Assembly: GCA_030141605.1 (NCBI GenBank)
Contig: JAQGDQ010000517.1
Location: 93,088 to 157,087, forward strand
Source: Tubiluchus corallicola
Lineage: Eukaryota > Animalia > Priapulida
DNA: 64,000 nt
Direction of reading: 5' to 3'
Of this stretch, positions 25,267-39,200 are shown piece after piece (the first letter of the stretch is position 1; each line of letters begins with the position of its first letter). Position numbers and translations under genes: made by a program. The notes beneath the pieces were generated by a model. The model saw only the letters and a program-made list of their open reading frames with translations. It was not told the origin of the DNA and searched no databases.

Positions 25267-26922
25267 CTCGAAAGAGAGGAAGGAAGAGAAAGAGAGAGCG
25301 AGAGACAAAAAAAAGCGGCCTGGAACAGATCTACTCCCGAAAACAATAGACATAAGAACGAATCCACGGATAAACAAACATCAAATTATCACCCACTCAC
25401 TAACCTGCCAAACTCTCAAACTAACGAACCAAAAAACTAACAGCATTTATTCGGAACATATTCAAGTGAAGATAAATTTATTATTGCAAAGTTGACTTTT
25501 AAAGTCAGTGGAACTCTGTAATCAACATCTTTTACACATTTCTGCAGAGATTAGCAAAATGCATTAGCGATGTGAGTATTTAAATAGTCAAACAATAAAC
25601 TCCAACAGTCGAAAAATAATAAATAAGTCATCAGTATTTAAGAGGGCTGGAAATGTAAACAAATCAAGCAAGTCATAAGTTTCTATTGCTGAAAGTCATA
25701 GCCCTCACATAACACCTTAATAAGCACCTGAGCAGAATAATACAAATTTATGTATCTTGCCTTACCTCTGGATAATTTTGCATTCATTTAAAAAGACAAT
25801 ACTGCAATTCCTAACTTAAAACAGAACAAAACCGGCATTTAGAACTTCTTTAACAAATTTCAAATAATCTTATGGATTGACAATTGCAAACTAGATATAG
25901 CAAACTATGTAATTCACTTTCAAGCAATGTAGAAACTAGGAAGGCATCTATAAATTACCCATTTACAACAGGCATTTTTGTTCAGGACGCTCCACAATGG
26001 TAGAAATTCAACAGAGCGCAATTGTGTTATTTGTGCTTGTTTCTCGTCATTTGTTTTTATGATTCACACTTCGTCACAGCTTTAAGCAGCTACATGCTTC
26101 TTTCAAGTCTTATTCAACGTGAACACTGAACAGTAAATAGAATTTTTATAGTCAAAGATGACATCATACTCTGCAAAAATCGCTCTGCAGAGACCGTTAT
26201 TCACACAAACTTCACTCAGCTATGAAATGCAATAGACTACTTTCTAGTCAGAGCTGTTGCCAAGTTGAAAAAAACAAATGAGTGGGGACCAATTTTACTG
26301 GCTTCTAAATTTATTTTCAAATTACTTTCAAGTACCAAGTTTGTTAATCTGAAAGTAAGATCAAAATTGAAAAAAAAATCATTATTTAGCAGTACACCAA
26401 GGCAGTGGAACAGCAAATCAGAAAACTTTGGCGTCAACGAAGCTGAAAAATTTAAATTTATTTATAACATGCAATTTTATTTGCAAAAACGTTTTTGAGT
26501 ATACCATACGAAAAATACAGAATTTTCTCTAGAAACAAACAGGATAGCCAGCTAAGTATTGGATTAATCCCAGAAACATTTTTACTCCTGGACACTGTAA
26601 AATTTACAACATCTTTTGGTTGTCATGAAATTAGTTTTCCCTATGAACCAGAATTTCTTTTCCACAACAAAAAGAGAACACCAAAAGATATAGTAAATGG
26701 TAAAAAGCATTATTTCAGAGGTCTAAATGGGATTTTTGGTTACCAACCTGTTAAATGGTTCAGTGCCTAATCTTACAGATTATCCTTGATAATAAGATAG
26801 GTTCTAGTCGTGCCACAAACAATATTACGCCCACTGGACTCTAGCTCGTAGAGTGTCACACTGCATAAAGAACAATAAACAGTATACTCTGACTAAACAC
26901 TAAACTAGTACAGTAAAATGTC

Positions 26923-27287
26923 TCAGCTGTAATAGCCATGTCTGCCTTGAGAGCCACCTCCATACTGCTGGTATGTTCCTCCTTGACCGTAATGTGGCTG
27001 GTTATATCCACCTCCTCCTCTTGCACCTCTTCCTCCTCCATAGTCACCACGTCCTCCTCTACCGCCACCACCATGGTAACCGCCACCCCCTTGATAGCTT
27101 CCGCCTCCTTGATAGCCACCTCCTCCTTGGTAGCCGCCACCTCCTTGGTATCCTCCTCCACCTTGATATCCTCCTCCACCTTGGTAACCCCCGCCGCCTC
27201 CTTGGTAACCCCCTCTCCCTTGATAGCCACCACGTCCACCATCCTGAAATCCACCTCTTCCTCCACCTCTGAATCCACCACTACCAC
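26923..27287 (-). CDS. FAM98A: FAM98 exon 10 (Gly/Tyr/Arg-rich low-complexity tail, stop codon)
   Basis: TTTTGCAG acceptor; GGSGGFRGGRGGGFQDGGRGGYQG...GRHGYYS*. This frame is not in the ORF track because it has no start codon. Confidence 0.9.
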
Positions 27288-30200
27288 CTGCAAAACAATA
27301 CTTTGAATAGAACGAGTACTTCCTTTATTTTCTACTGCACATTGCTTAAAGGAAAATCGGAAATGACATTATTCAATGTCAAATTCAATGACCACTCCAA
27401 GGCAAAGCTGGCAGTTATAGATATATGCTAATTTTTTTTAATAAATTTATAACAGACTTCACATCTGACGACTGCAAAAAACTGCAAGGTCTTTAGCAAT
27501 TAGTAGCAGAATATTACAGAAAAGTAGGTTTAACAGTTTCTACAAATTATAATTTTTATTTTTATTTAAATCATATGAGAAGAGGTGATCATTAACTGTC
27601 TTCCAAAGTTTTTTCAATTGCTGGCATTGCATAAATGAAGAACTTTGCTTACTATAAGAGATGAACTTAAAAAGACACCATTAAAATATTATATTAATTG
27701 CGATTGCTAGTTCCATTTTAACATAGATTTTACTTAATTGGATCGGTGTAGTGATTTTGAGGAAATATATGTTTAATGAAAAAATAACTTGCCATTTTAT
27801 GTACTGACCAATCACTAAGGCTAGGCAGGACACAGTAAAAAATTCCAAATTCTTAAAATAGCATTTTAAATTATCCATTTTCAAAATATTGCAGTATCCT
27901 ACTTTCATACTCCAGCCATTCGTTTTTAGGACTGTCATCATCAGTATCAATACATTGTTGGTGTATAAACCTTTTTATCATTTCAGATTTTATTATAGCT
28001 ATTTCATGGCTCAGAGATAAAACTCAATTCAATGGGAATCGAATGAGATGACAATAACAAACATAATAGCTTATTATTTGACTAATAAATAAATAAAAAC
28101 TTCTTTTGTTCAGACTTCTTTATATGTAATTTTTTTAATGTGAAATGCTGATGTGATTTCAGACAAAATAAAAAACTTGATATTTAACAAGTTTGACTTG
28201 AACTATTGGTTAAGGGACTCACTGAACTCAAGATCATGGATTAGAAATTGAATTTAAGATAGCAAATCGAAATCAATCAATGCAGAATTGATTTTAACAT
28301 AGTCCTGTAGAGGTTTCATGATGATCTATTGCGAATTGGTGGAGCCTTAGGCTTCTCTTTTGAATGATGTTATTGCTGCTATCTAGAAGTTCCAGATAGC
28401 AGATTAAAAACCCGATCCTGTCAAATGATGTGGAATTTGATCTAGTATAGTTCTATAAATTTCATGAAGACCCATGTGAATTGGCCGAGTCTCAGGATTC
28501 TTTATAGAAATCCAAATCCATTAGTTTATGAGAATTCTCTTGTACATGTGTGTATAGTTTCATGATGGTCTACTGCAAATTGGCAGCGCCTTAGCCTTTT
28601 TTCGAAAATTATGTTTTCACTGCCATCTTGAATTCAAAATGGCAGTTGAAAATCCAGTTTCGTAAATCAATGTAGAATTTGTTCTAGTACCTTCCTGTAG
28701 AGTTTCGTGATGATCTACTATGAACTGGAGGAGCCTTAAGCTGCGTGATGCGTATTGACTGTTTCCATGTGTCTGTAAATGCCACACATATTAATAAAGC
28801 TCACGGCGCTCTTTCCGCCATTTCTGATTGTTACTCGTGAAAATTGCAAGCAATAATTTTTGGAAATTGTCTTTGTCGAAATTTAAGTGTGATAATTACA
28901 GCTGTGGCATTAGCTTATTATTGTGCTATTAGACAACAATTCTAAAGAAAGCACAGGTTTTGGGTGCACAACATTCAGCAGTGGAAGGAAAATACAAACA
29001 ATACAGCCCGTATTATCATTTAGTGAAAAAACTCCAGTTAGATGCACAACACATTACATGATTCTTCCACCTCTCAAAAACTCAAATAGAAAAAACATTA
29101 TTGTTTATACATCCTAAAGTGACCAAAACTCACTTAACTAGAATTTTCAGAAGCTAAACAGCGAAAATGGTCACCGGAAACTTGAAAACTCGCTATAATC
29201 ACCTAAGCAATGAGGGTTTCCTGTCTGCATATTGCTGCGTGATGCGTATTCGGACGATAGCAATCACATTCGAATGAATACGGATCATGCATCACGCATT
29301 ACGGATCACTCATCATGCATTATATACACAAAGAGTCATACCTTTAGGCTTTTTTCTAAAATTATATTATTGCCGCCATATTGAATTTACAATGGCGGAT
29401 CGAAAATCCAACTGATGTTTCTTAGCCTTGACAATGAGTCTTAGCCTTAGGCTTTCTTCAAAAGGTCACCCCCGGCAACAACAACAAAAGAAGAGTAGAG
29501 ATTTGGGTTGAACTTTGACCAAAGCACACTGACGATTCCAGCTCACAGAACATGTATAATAATACAAATACTGGTTGGTTATCTATGCTAGCCACATATG
29601 CAGATTTACATTACCTGCCACATATAATATTTAATAGGAAAAAATCAACATGGTTAATATGTTTAAAATGAATAGCAGTAGCAATGACGACTATGAAGAT
29701 AATAATTTATTTTCACGTGCAAAAAGTTATTAAGGTTTTAATAGAACAATATAATACTAGCACAGCCAGAGTATCTTTTGTTGACAATTTTAATTTAAAG
29801 CATCAGCATTATTGTATTTCTCCTCCGTCATCTTGAAACTAGCTAACACACTGACGATGCGTAGGTAATTTCGTGTGTTTTTCACTGTGTCATATTGCAG
29901 GTTATTGTCTTGAAAGTCATTAGCGGGTTAAAAACAACCATTATGCTTGTAAAAAATTGTAAAATGTGTAGTTCCAGAAGGATTACAAGTTGCAACTTCT
30001 GTAAAACTACTCTGCCATTTTCTACAAGCATTAGTTGCAGAAGATTTGCAATCAGAGGCAAGAAAAATTGGGAAATTATCAGAAGACGAAAGACGTCTGA
30101 TTTCTTAGTGATGATGGACTGTTATGATGACACAAGCACAGGTGAAACATGAAGAAAAATCACAAAGATTGTCTGAGCTGAAGAGTGATTAGAAAACGAA

Positions 30201-33200
30201 GCAAAGCTAAAATTTCCCTCTGTGAAGTACCTTTTTTCAATCCGAAAGAACTGCATGATTAGTCTAGTTCTAATAGTGTAGAAATGCAGTTCTAGCATAC
30301 ATTTGGGGCATATAATCTAATCACAAATAATAACATGAGCATTTGAAAACTTGAAATGAAAATAAAATTCATGATTGCTATAAATACAATGTTCTGAAAC
30401 AAAGACTAAATATAGTTTAAAAATATTCCAAATAATAACAGATATAAAGTAAGGTGTGGGCCAATACTACATGAAAAAACATAAATAAACAGAAAAATAG
30501 GAAATAATTGCTTCAAGTTCTGGTCACACCGCTCTGATCAAGTTAGATTAGGTTGGATCAGGTCATGGATAGGTCAGATGACCCTACATGAAGTGAGATT
30601 AGATTAGATCAAAAATATATTTCACATTCAGTTCACATTCAAGCATTTCTTTACCTGCTTCTCTTTTTTTAAATGATGGCATTTCGGGAGGTGGAGGTTG
30701 CGCTTCATATGGGCGACCGCCTCTATCAGGAACCTAAAAAATGACAAAACTGAAATTTAACATTTATTTTTATTTAGTTGGATTAGGCTTTTTATTGAGA
30801 AAGACGATATATAAATGATCTAGTTGAATGACACAAAATGTAATCAATACAAACTGAAGAGATAATGAAAACGTGTAAAATAACCCAGTCAGAAAATGTT
30901 ACATGAATTACATTTTACTAAAGTAACTTAGATGGTCGAAGTTTTTAATTTTAACTATCTGAGTCTGTAATTAGACGAGAAAGACTCCAAAATATATTTC
31001 TAAATATTGGCCGGGAAAATGTCAAGAAGGTCACCTTGGTGGGTTGTATAATAAGGGCTTGTAACAAAAGATGAATGTACAAAAAAGTCTACTTTATAAC
31101 TGAGAAATTAGGAATCATTGCATAGTCACTGTCACCTTGAAAGCTTGAATCTGACCGAATAACAGTTTGAAAACAATTTTATCTGAAAAATGCAAACTGT
31201 TTCAAGCTAACTTGCCCTATTGCTTAGGCAAACCAACTCATGGTAAGAAGTACGAATTTGAGTAATGTGGCAAGACTTCAAATTGAATCTTTTGTCGTGA
31301 ACTGGTTCGTCTAAGCAATTTTGTTCTAACCAGACAAGTTAGCTTGAAATGTTTTGCAGTTTATGAATCATGAATTGTAACTTTTCACTGGAATTCCAAT
31401 TTATTAAATGCTTTACGGGCTCTTAGTTGATGTCAGTGTATATACAAGTTTTTTGATTTAGGAAAGCCTTTCTATTAGACATTTCTTAGAAAAGGAAAAG
31501 TTGATTTGCTAAATGAATAAATATTAGCTTCAGTTTTCTCTAATATATATATACAGTATTTACATATAAATATATCTTCCAAGAATTTCTCTGCAAATCA
31601 TACCAGGCCCAATCTATTTCCGTCTCTGACGTTAATTTTAAACAAGAAAAAATTACTTACTCATACAGAACATAATAATAAGAAAAAACATTTTCGTGCA
31701 ATTTTCACTAAAGAGAAGATGAAGTTGAACAATTGATTAAATGCAAGTGCACTTTTGGTCCACTTGTCACTTAAAGTTTCGTCCAGGTCTGTCCAATGCA
31801 CATGTAAGCCGGTCGTTAAAAACAACACTGTGGCCACAATAATGTCAATATACTAGATGATACACAATTAACACATTCACTCATATTTCTGCATTGCTGT
31901 CCATATTGCTATATAGTCAAGTAAAAATTGCATGCAATCATTTCACTGTTAAAATCTAAAAAAAATAGAATACCGACATAACTGACTGCGTCTTAGTCAG
32001 TAACATTTAGAACTACATGTATAATGCTGAGTATGAATTTACCCAGTAACTTGTTTAACTACTTAACCAAAACACATAAGTAATAAAACAAGTAAGTAAA
32101 AGTGGGCACAGTATCAAACCTTGTATGACACCCTCAGCATTCTAAAACAACAGTTCACTGATATAAAAAGGTGAAATTTCTGTGCACTGGAGAGTTGGGT
32201 AGAACATTTAAATGTATAGAGGTTGCACCCCAGGGATATACAAACACAAAATAGCACTTCAGTGTAATCTTGATTTTTCAAAGTGTCAGATCTCAAGTGA
32301 AATCACTGCCAATGGGATTAGTGGGGACAAGCACAGTGAAATAGTGCAGTTTACTACGTGCTTAAGTTTAATCTTAATGAGTGCTGATGGTATAGAGAAA
32401 TGACAGTAATCTACCAGAGTAATTTTTAAAGTAGAAATTCAAAAGGCATAGAAGTAATTAACTTTGCATCTTAGCATACATTAATTCAGAAAATACATTA
32501 CAGTTTTCTGCAGTATACTGCAGGACTTTTTTATGTTATGGAAACTCAGTACAATTTAAATAAATGAATGCAGCAGCTAAAAACTCCCTCTACGAGAAGC
32601 ATAGGCCTCTAATTCTTTAATAAATATTAAACAGTGACTTAATAATATATAATTGCCCTAACATCTGACCTATAAAACCAACTATGAAGACTAATGTGGA
32701 TGGTAACCATATAGTGCTAACGAAAAAGCCAACTAATATCCTCATAAGCGCTTACGCAGCTTTCTCATTCTTGTTAGTAAAAGATATATTCAGGCATAAG
32801 TCCCCTTTTGTTAAGCTAGCAAAAGCAATCATCAGCAATGCACAGATTAAGTGAAGACGCAGGTTTCTACACAAAGGTATATAACCAAACGCCATTCATA
32901 CATTCAGAATGTTACTAGAAACACGATGCAATAAATCTTGTAGTGTTATTAGAGAATCAATACTACACTATATCAAGAACCTCAGTAAATTTCTGCAATC
33001 AACTGCTAAGCATGGATCAGGATGAGAAAGAAACTCAAATCAAAATAAATTGATTGAATAAATCGATCGACACAAGGCTATCAACAATAATCAATGTAAA
33101 AGATATTTATAAAAAGACAACTTGCAAAAAACAAAGTGCCATCAGATTTCAAACGTATATTCTTAAACCTGGAAGACACTTCTCTTAGGTTCTTTAAGGC

Positions 33201-36200
33201 TCTTAGGTAACTACTTTCTGCAATGCCTCAGAAGCTTCTTCTTTCTTTGCCTTAAAAGAGGCTTGCATTCTTATTTAATTATGATCTGCTGCGACTCCTG
33301 CTGTTACAGATCTTCAAAAGAATATTAGCTGATGCAATCATTAGATGACACACATCGCCCTATGCAGTTATCCTTTTGTAAAAAAAACTTTAGCTACACG
33401 AGCGTGCTGATCAAAGGCATAAATGCTTAGGTTTGCATATCAAATCAAAGACTACCCAGTGATGAAAGCTGACACCTGCTTATTTTGTTCACCTTTTATC
33501 TTCTTTTGTAGTACTACAAAGACCTGCAGTGAGAAATATACTAAATGCCTGTGCAAACCATGACAGATGATGAACTGATTTAACCAACATGGCCGAAAAT
33601 GATTTTTATGAATTTTTAATGAAAACAATATAATTTTATATTTTTATTAAAGGTTTATTATTAAAGGTTTATTAAAAACTCTTGTAACCTGAAGGTTACA
33701 TTACATTAATTAAGATACAGAGGTTTAAAATTACACTGCACTAAAACGACATTACATAACATTAATTAAAATAGACTGAAGTTTAAATTACATTGTTTAA
33801 AAGACAATCATTTACGTTAAGATTAATCTTATTAAAATCCATTATTATAATATCTCGTGTTACAGACTATACAGTGGTAATGAACCTACTGATAATTAAA
33901 AAGTGCATATAGTATAAAACTACTTTTAAAACGTTCAATATGGCAAAGCGGTAAAGGGCACATCAGTTGTTTACAAAGATTGTGCTTACAGAAGTTGCGT
34001 TTAGGTAATAAATAACAGAGTCTACTGTCTTGATTTTGGATTGATTTAAAAAAATTCTGGGAAGGTCATTTCTTTAGATATTAAATTTTTGATAGCTGCA
34101 ACGCATTTATGTGTGGTGTGTAGGAAAAATTAACTTTAAAATACATTTTTGAATTGACTATAGGAATAGTCTGTTCTAATGTTAAAGAAGTATGCTACGC
34201 AGGACAAGCGTATTCCAGTCATGGTATTATTAAAGTACAATAAACAGTAATCATATCTTTCTGAGAAATACCTGCTCTCTTTAAAAGAATTATTAAGTGA
34301 ATAAGTTTGCAGGCTTTTTTTGTATCTCTTCAACATGTACATTCCAAGTTAGGTTATCAGAGATATGGACATCTAGTAGTTTGACGGAGCTGACTCTTTC
34401 AACACATTCACCATCAATAATAATGGAAGGAATGTTTGTTTTAAGTCTGGAAAAATTAACACACATTTCTTTAGATTTAGAGCTATTAAATTTTATATTG
34501 TTTAATTGGGCCCATTCTAACACTTTTGTGGTTGCAGTCTCCAATTCGGTAGGTTTACCAGGGCCGCGGGTGTCAATAAGGATTGTGTCGTCAACATACT
34601 TGATATCTGTTTATACAGTTACAAAATCATTTAACATAGCAATGAATAATTTGGTAGAGTTCATAGTGCCTTGAGGCACACAACACCAGCAATAAAAATT
34701 TTTGACCAAGTTTTGTTTTTTGTTGTATTGATTGCGAGAAAGATATAAACCAGTTTAGTATTGCATTAGAAACACCCATCTTAAAAGTAACCTATGATTG
34801 ATGCTACCAAAAAATTGGCAAAGTCTAACAAAAGGATTCTACTAAAATGACCAAGCTTATCAGAGGTTTGATATAAATGATGCAATAGTGAAACCAAAGC
34901 CTGAGTGGTTGAGCTTGCGGCTAATGAGCCAAACTGGTTTTGCTTAATTTGATGTCCAATGGTTGCCCACAGCCATTCGCAGATAAAGCTTTCCAAAACT
35001 TTACAAAGGACTGCTATTAAAGAGATTGGACATAAATCTTTATTAAGTGAGGTGATTTTGCTTGACTTAGGAATTGGTACTACTGTAATAGATTTCCAAA
35101 GATGTGGTATGAAGCCTTTACGCAAGCTACTGTTAAATATTGCGCAACTGGTTTACTTATAATGGCAGCTAAGTCAGATAAAATCCAGTTCGGACGTTTA
35201 TCGGGCCCAACTGACTCGTGTGGGTTCAGCTTTAATAATTTGAGCTCAACTTCGTCAACAGTAATAGTATAGTTATTTGGTACGATATGAGGTGCGTCAT
35301 ATTTATAATCGCTTTCAATAGGCTCTAAATCTTGACATACTGAAACAAAAATTTGGTTCACATGATCAGCTAATTTACCAAGATTACCTTCATATTCATT
35401 TAATACTACATGTTCTAAACTGTCACTGCAAGGTTTTAAACCAATAATTTGTTTAACGTGAGCCCACCATGATTTGTTGTTGTTGTAGGAAAGATTTGCC
35501 ATTTTGTTTTGGTAGAAGTCTTTCTGTAGTCGTTTTCTCTCTCTGTTCATCTTGTTGCAAAAAAATTTGTACAGTTGAACGTGTTCAGATTGCCAAGCGT
35601 TTTCTCTTTTTTGGACAAATTTTTTGAAACGGTCAATTGTCCAAGGTCTGTCACTGGAACATCTTTTGACAGTTTTGATTGATAAATATACATCCAAAAG
35701 TTGCACAATTGTTGTCTGAAAGAAGTTAGACTGATCACTACAAAAAGAAGTCTGTACATAGGGGTCCAGTTAACTTTCTGTAGATATGACGTGAACATTG
35801 CTTTGCTGGTTTTATCTCTTGAGCGCATGTACGCTTTTGTTATTTTAGCTGGAGCACTGTTTTTGTATACAGGTGACAAATAACAGTATTGTGGTCTGAT
35901 GATCCTACTAGATGAATAACTTCGGGTATATTGTGCAAGAATTTGACGTTTGTATACACTTTGTCCAAAATTGTGTCTTTAAGGATTGGAGTTGTCACAA
36001 TTTGACTTAGAGAACATGTGTGCTTTATAGTACTGTCACTGAATTGATTAAAGTTACCATCAAAAAAAATGCCTGACAGGATGTTTTGATAGGATGTGAT
36101 CAATAACTTGTGTCAGATGATCAGTTAGTGTCTGGTTGTCTACATTAGGTCTGTGATAGATAACCCAAAAATGTTAGCTCACACATCATCAAGGTAAATT

Positions 36201-39200
36201 ATGTGGCTTGATAGTAAACCAGAAAGTCTCAAGCTGATCGTTTTGTGATTCAATCCAGTGCTTTAAAAGCAGCGTACTTTTGATAAAAGCAATGATGCTA
36301 CCGCCACGTCTGTCCTTCCTATCATTCCGTATCGAAGTGTACGAGTTTAACCGAATAATACTATCAGAAATACTTTCAGAATACCAAGCTTCAGTAATGC
36401 ACACTACATCTGCATCATTTTGATTACATGAACTGTACAATTCATCAACTGTTGTAACAAGAGATAGAGTATTTTAATACTGGTATGGGCATTAAATTAG
36501 GTCTTAGCACTGAACAGCTGCCCTTGATACTGCATTTGACTACTGTTAGAAAGTCAGTTGGTTACTAGTGTTGCAATTCTGTGACTTAAATTGTGAGTCT
36601 AGGCTTTCTCTGCATGTGTAAGACACGCTGCAAATTTGTAATGAATGTAGTCATTGGTATACAGCAGCAGGAACACGGTTTGCTGGCTTGCATATGGAAA
36701 GCTTAATATTAAGCAATTCCTCTTTCAAGGAAATAAGCTTCTTAGAACTCATTCTACTTAGGACAGTATTTAACCTAGTGTTGACTATAGTATTTAGTAT
36801 AAGGATCCATTGTAGGTAATCGAAAATTTTTAATTTGATTAATAGTTGGCGACCCCTATACAAAACTCTTGTGACCTTATAATATGCCATTTTCGGAAAC
36901 ATTGAAACAGTTGTTACAGTTTAGTAGTGCAAACTTAGCTCTTACTAAAATGGCTTGGCTGTAACTTGTACATGCAAACAGGAAGCTGAACAGCAACAGG
37001 TAACAGAGAATGCAGAAAGCTATAACCTGAGAAGCTGTCTCTGGCTTACCAGTACTACTTAATGAAGCTGAGAATCAACAGGAGCAGTGGTAGTTTCATG
37101 AATTAGCAATGCTTGCCCTACTAACATGTCACTGACTTGCATGTATTTATCATAAATGACGAAATTTTAATCATTATTAAGAACTCGCATACATACACAT
37201 ACTTCTTGAAACTTTTCCATTTAATCTTAAATTTTCTTATTATCATTAATAAGATCTAGACATTTTGCAATTAATTACTTAAAAAGCATAAATTTAGGGC
37301 CCGCAGATTAACAGGCTAAGTACCTACAGTGAAGCGATGGTGAATCTTGACCTTTGACCTTTGCACTAGCGTTAGATTTTATATTTATTTATTCATCCAT
37401 TTACTACAACATGGTACTAAAATTTCTTTACTCCACAACAACTCTCCCTATAGCTTCGAGATACTAGGGACTCAAAATTTGGTAAAATAATGATTCTTTG
37501 CACTGTATGAATGTAGTGAAATCATAAATCATAGATTCTAAGAACTACTACAGATTACTTTAACTGTAGATTTGAACACGTGACCATTATTCAAATAGCG
37601 CTCCCAGAAAAAGTTATTATGCACCACATGCTGTTGAAATTGAAGCTGCATTTGTAAAAAACTACAGTACGATATTTAAGTATATGCTCTTATATTGACA
37701 TGATCAGTTAGAGGGCACTCATTTGAAGGTGCACATTTACCGCCCACACAAGAAGTAAAATCACTATATGCTGGGTAACATTGCCACAACAGATTCAAGT
37801 GATACGACCATCAACACCATCAGCCTACTCAGGTTAATTCATAAAGCATTGCCATAGTAGTTTTAAGCAACATGACCAGAAGTCTGTTCTTCAAGTTGGT
37901 TCACATTTTTCCTTGACATTGATCCTTGAGCTTTTGAGCAAAAACCAATGAGTTTTCAGTTTTGCCCAGACATATCCCTGTCCAAATCTGCTAACTAATA
38001 TTCATCTACTTTGATTTCACTGCACAGTCAGACATAGAGATAGCCACACAGACATACAGATACAGCTAAACACTCTACTTAATCTACACAACAAACTATT
38101 ATCAGTGTGGGTAATTACACTACCTAAGGACTTATTAGTAGACAAATAAAATTGCATGTTGGAGGACAGATAAAAAGAACATGAAAACTGTGAACCAATC
38201 TTTATGATCACTCGCATTATATCACACATGCTCGCTAAGATCCGATTCTAATGCTGGAACTAATTCAGCACACATTTTCTTCTGTTAAAAGATTTAGAAC
38301 GTGCTTCTCAGAACGGTTGGGCAATTATAATCGCCCTGCAAATTTTTCCACCAGCGTAACAAGCAGGAAGCAAGATGACAATAATTTGTTTTGTTCAAAT
38401 TCACAGGTTTGCACAAATCTTTGAAAAGAGGTTTTCCACAAAACAGATTAAATGGCTGAAATAGTTATAAACACCATAGAGTTTTGACTGATTCTATTCG
38501 TTAATATAGTCCTCTTAAAAGAAAAAAAATGAAGACAATTAAGAAGACATGCTAGTGAATGTGAGCCTATTAGTTTCTTTCAGTTACGTAATGTTTTTGT
38601 AACCTATCTTAAACTAAGGAAGAAATTGACAAATTCTAAAAGTTTCACTTGTGAGAAACAAAAGCAGACCAATACTGAGATTAGAATATTAACCTCCTCC
38701 CTCCTCCTCATGTATTCTTCAGGGAAGAAAATGATGATTGGCTAATGGCTGATAATAACTGCTTCCCCAAATCACCTTGATGGTTAATTGTCTAACTATT
38801 ATAAAAGCAAATGGATGTGGCTGCCCTTATAGCAGGGGAAAGTTTGGCAGCAAACCTGCCATGGTTAAATATGAAACCTTTTGATCTCATGCAGCCTTGA
38901 GACAAAACATCAATGCTCCATTTTGTGCTTGTCACAATTAAATTCGAGGCCTTTGATTATTCCCAGGTTAAAAACAAAACATCAAGGTTCTATTTTTCAC
39001 AAGACTTGTATGCAGTTAATGTACACACATGATAACCTCCAGTTAGCCTGTTTCATTATACTGTAGAACACTGTTGCGACCATCGACATCATCAGCCTAC
39101 TCAAGCTAATTCACAAAATATTGCCAGGTTTAAGTAACATGACCGGAAATTCTTCAAGTTGATTCACACATTTGACCCTGTCTTTGAGCTTTTGAACCAA

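Noticed and set aside
25120-25495. ORFs with SLSLSL or ERERER runs
   Set aside because: Translations of a (GA)n microsatellite.
26856-27306. Three ORF-track entries (145, 122 and 99 aa) with repetitive sequence
   Set aside because: They are off-frame or antisense shadows of the Gly-rich FAM98 last exon.
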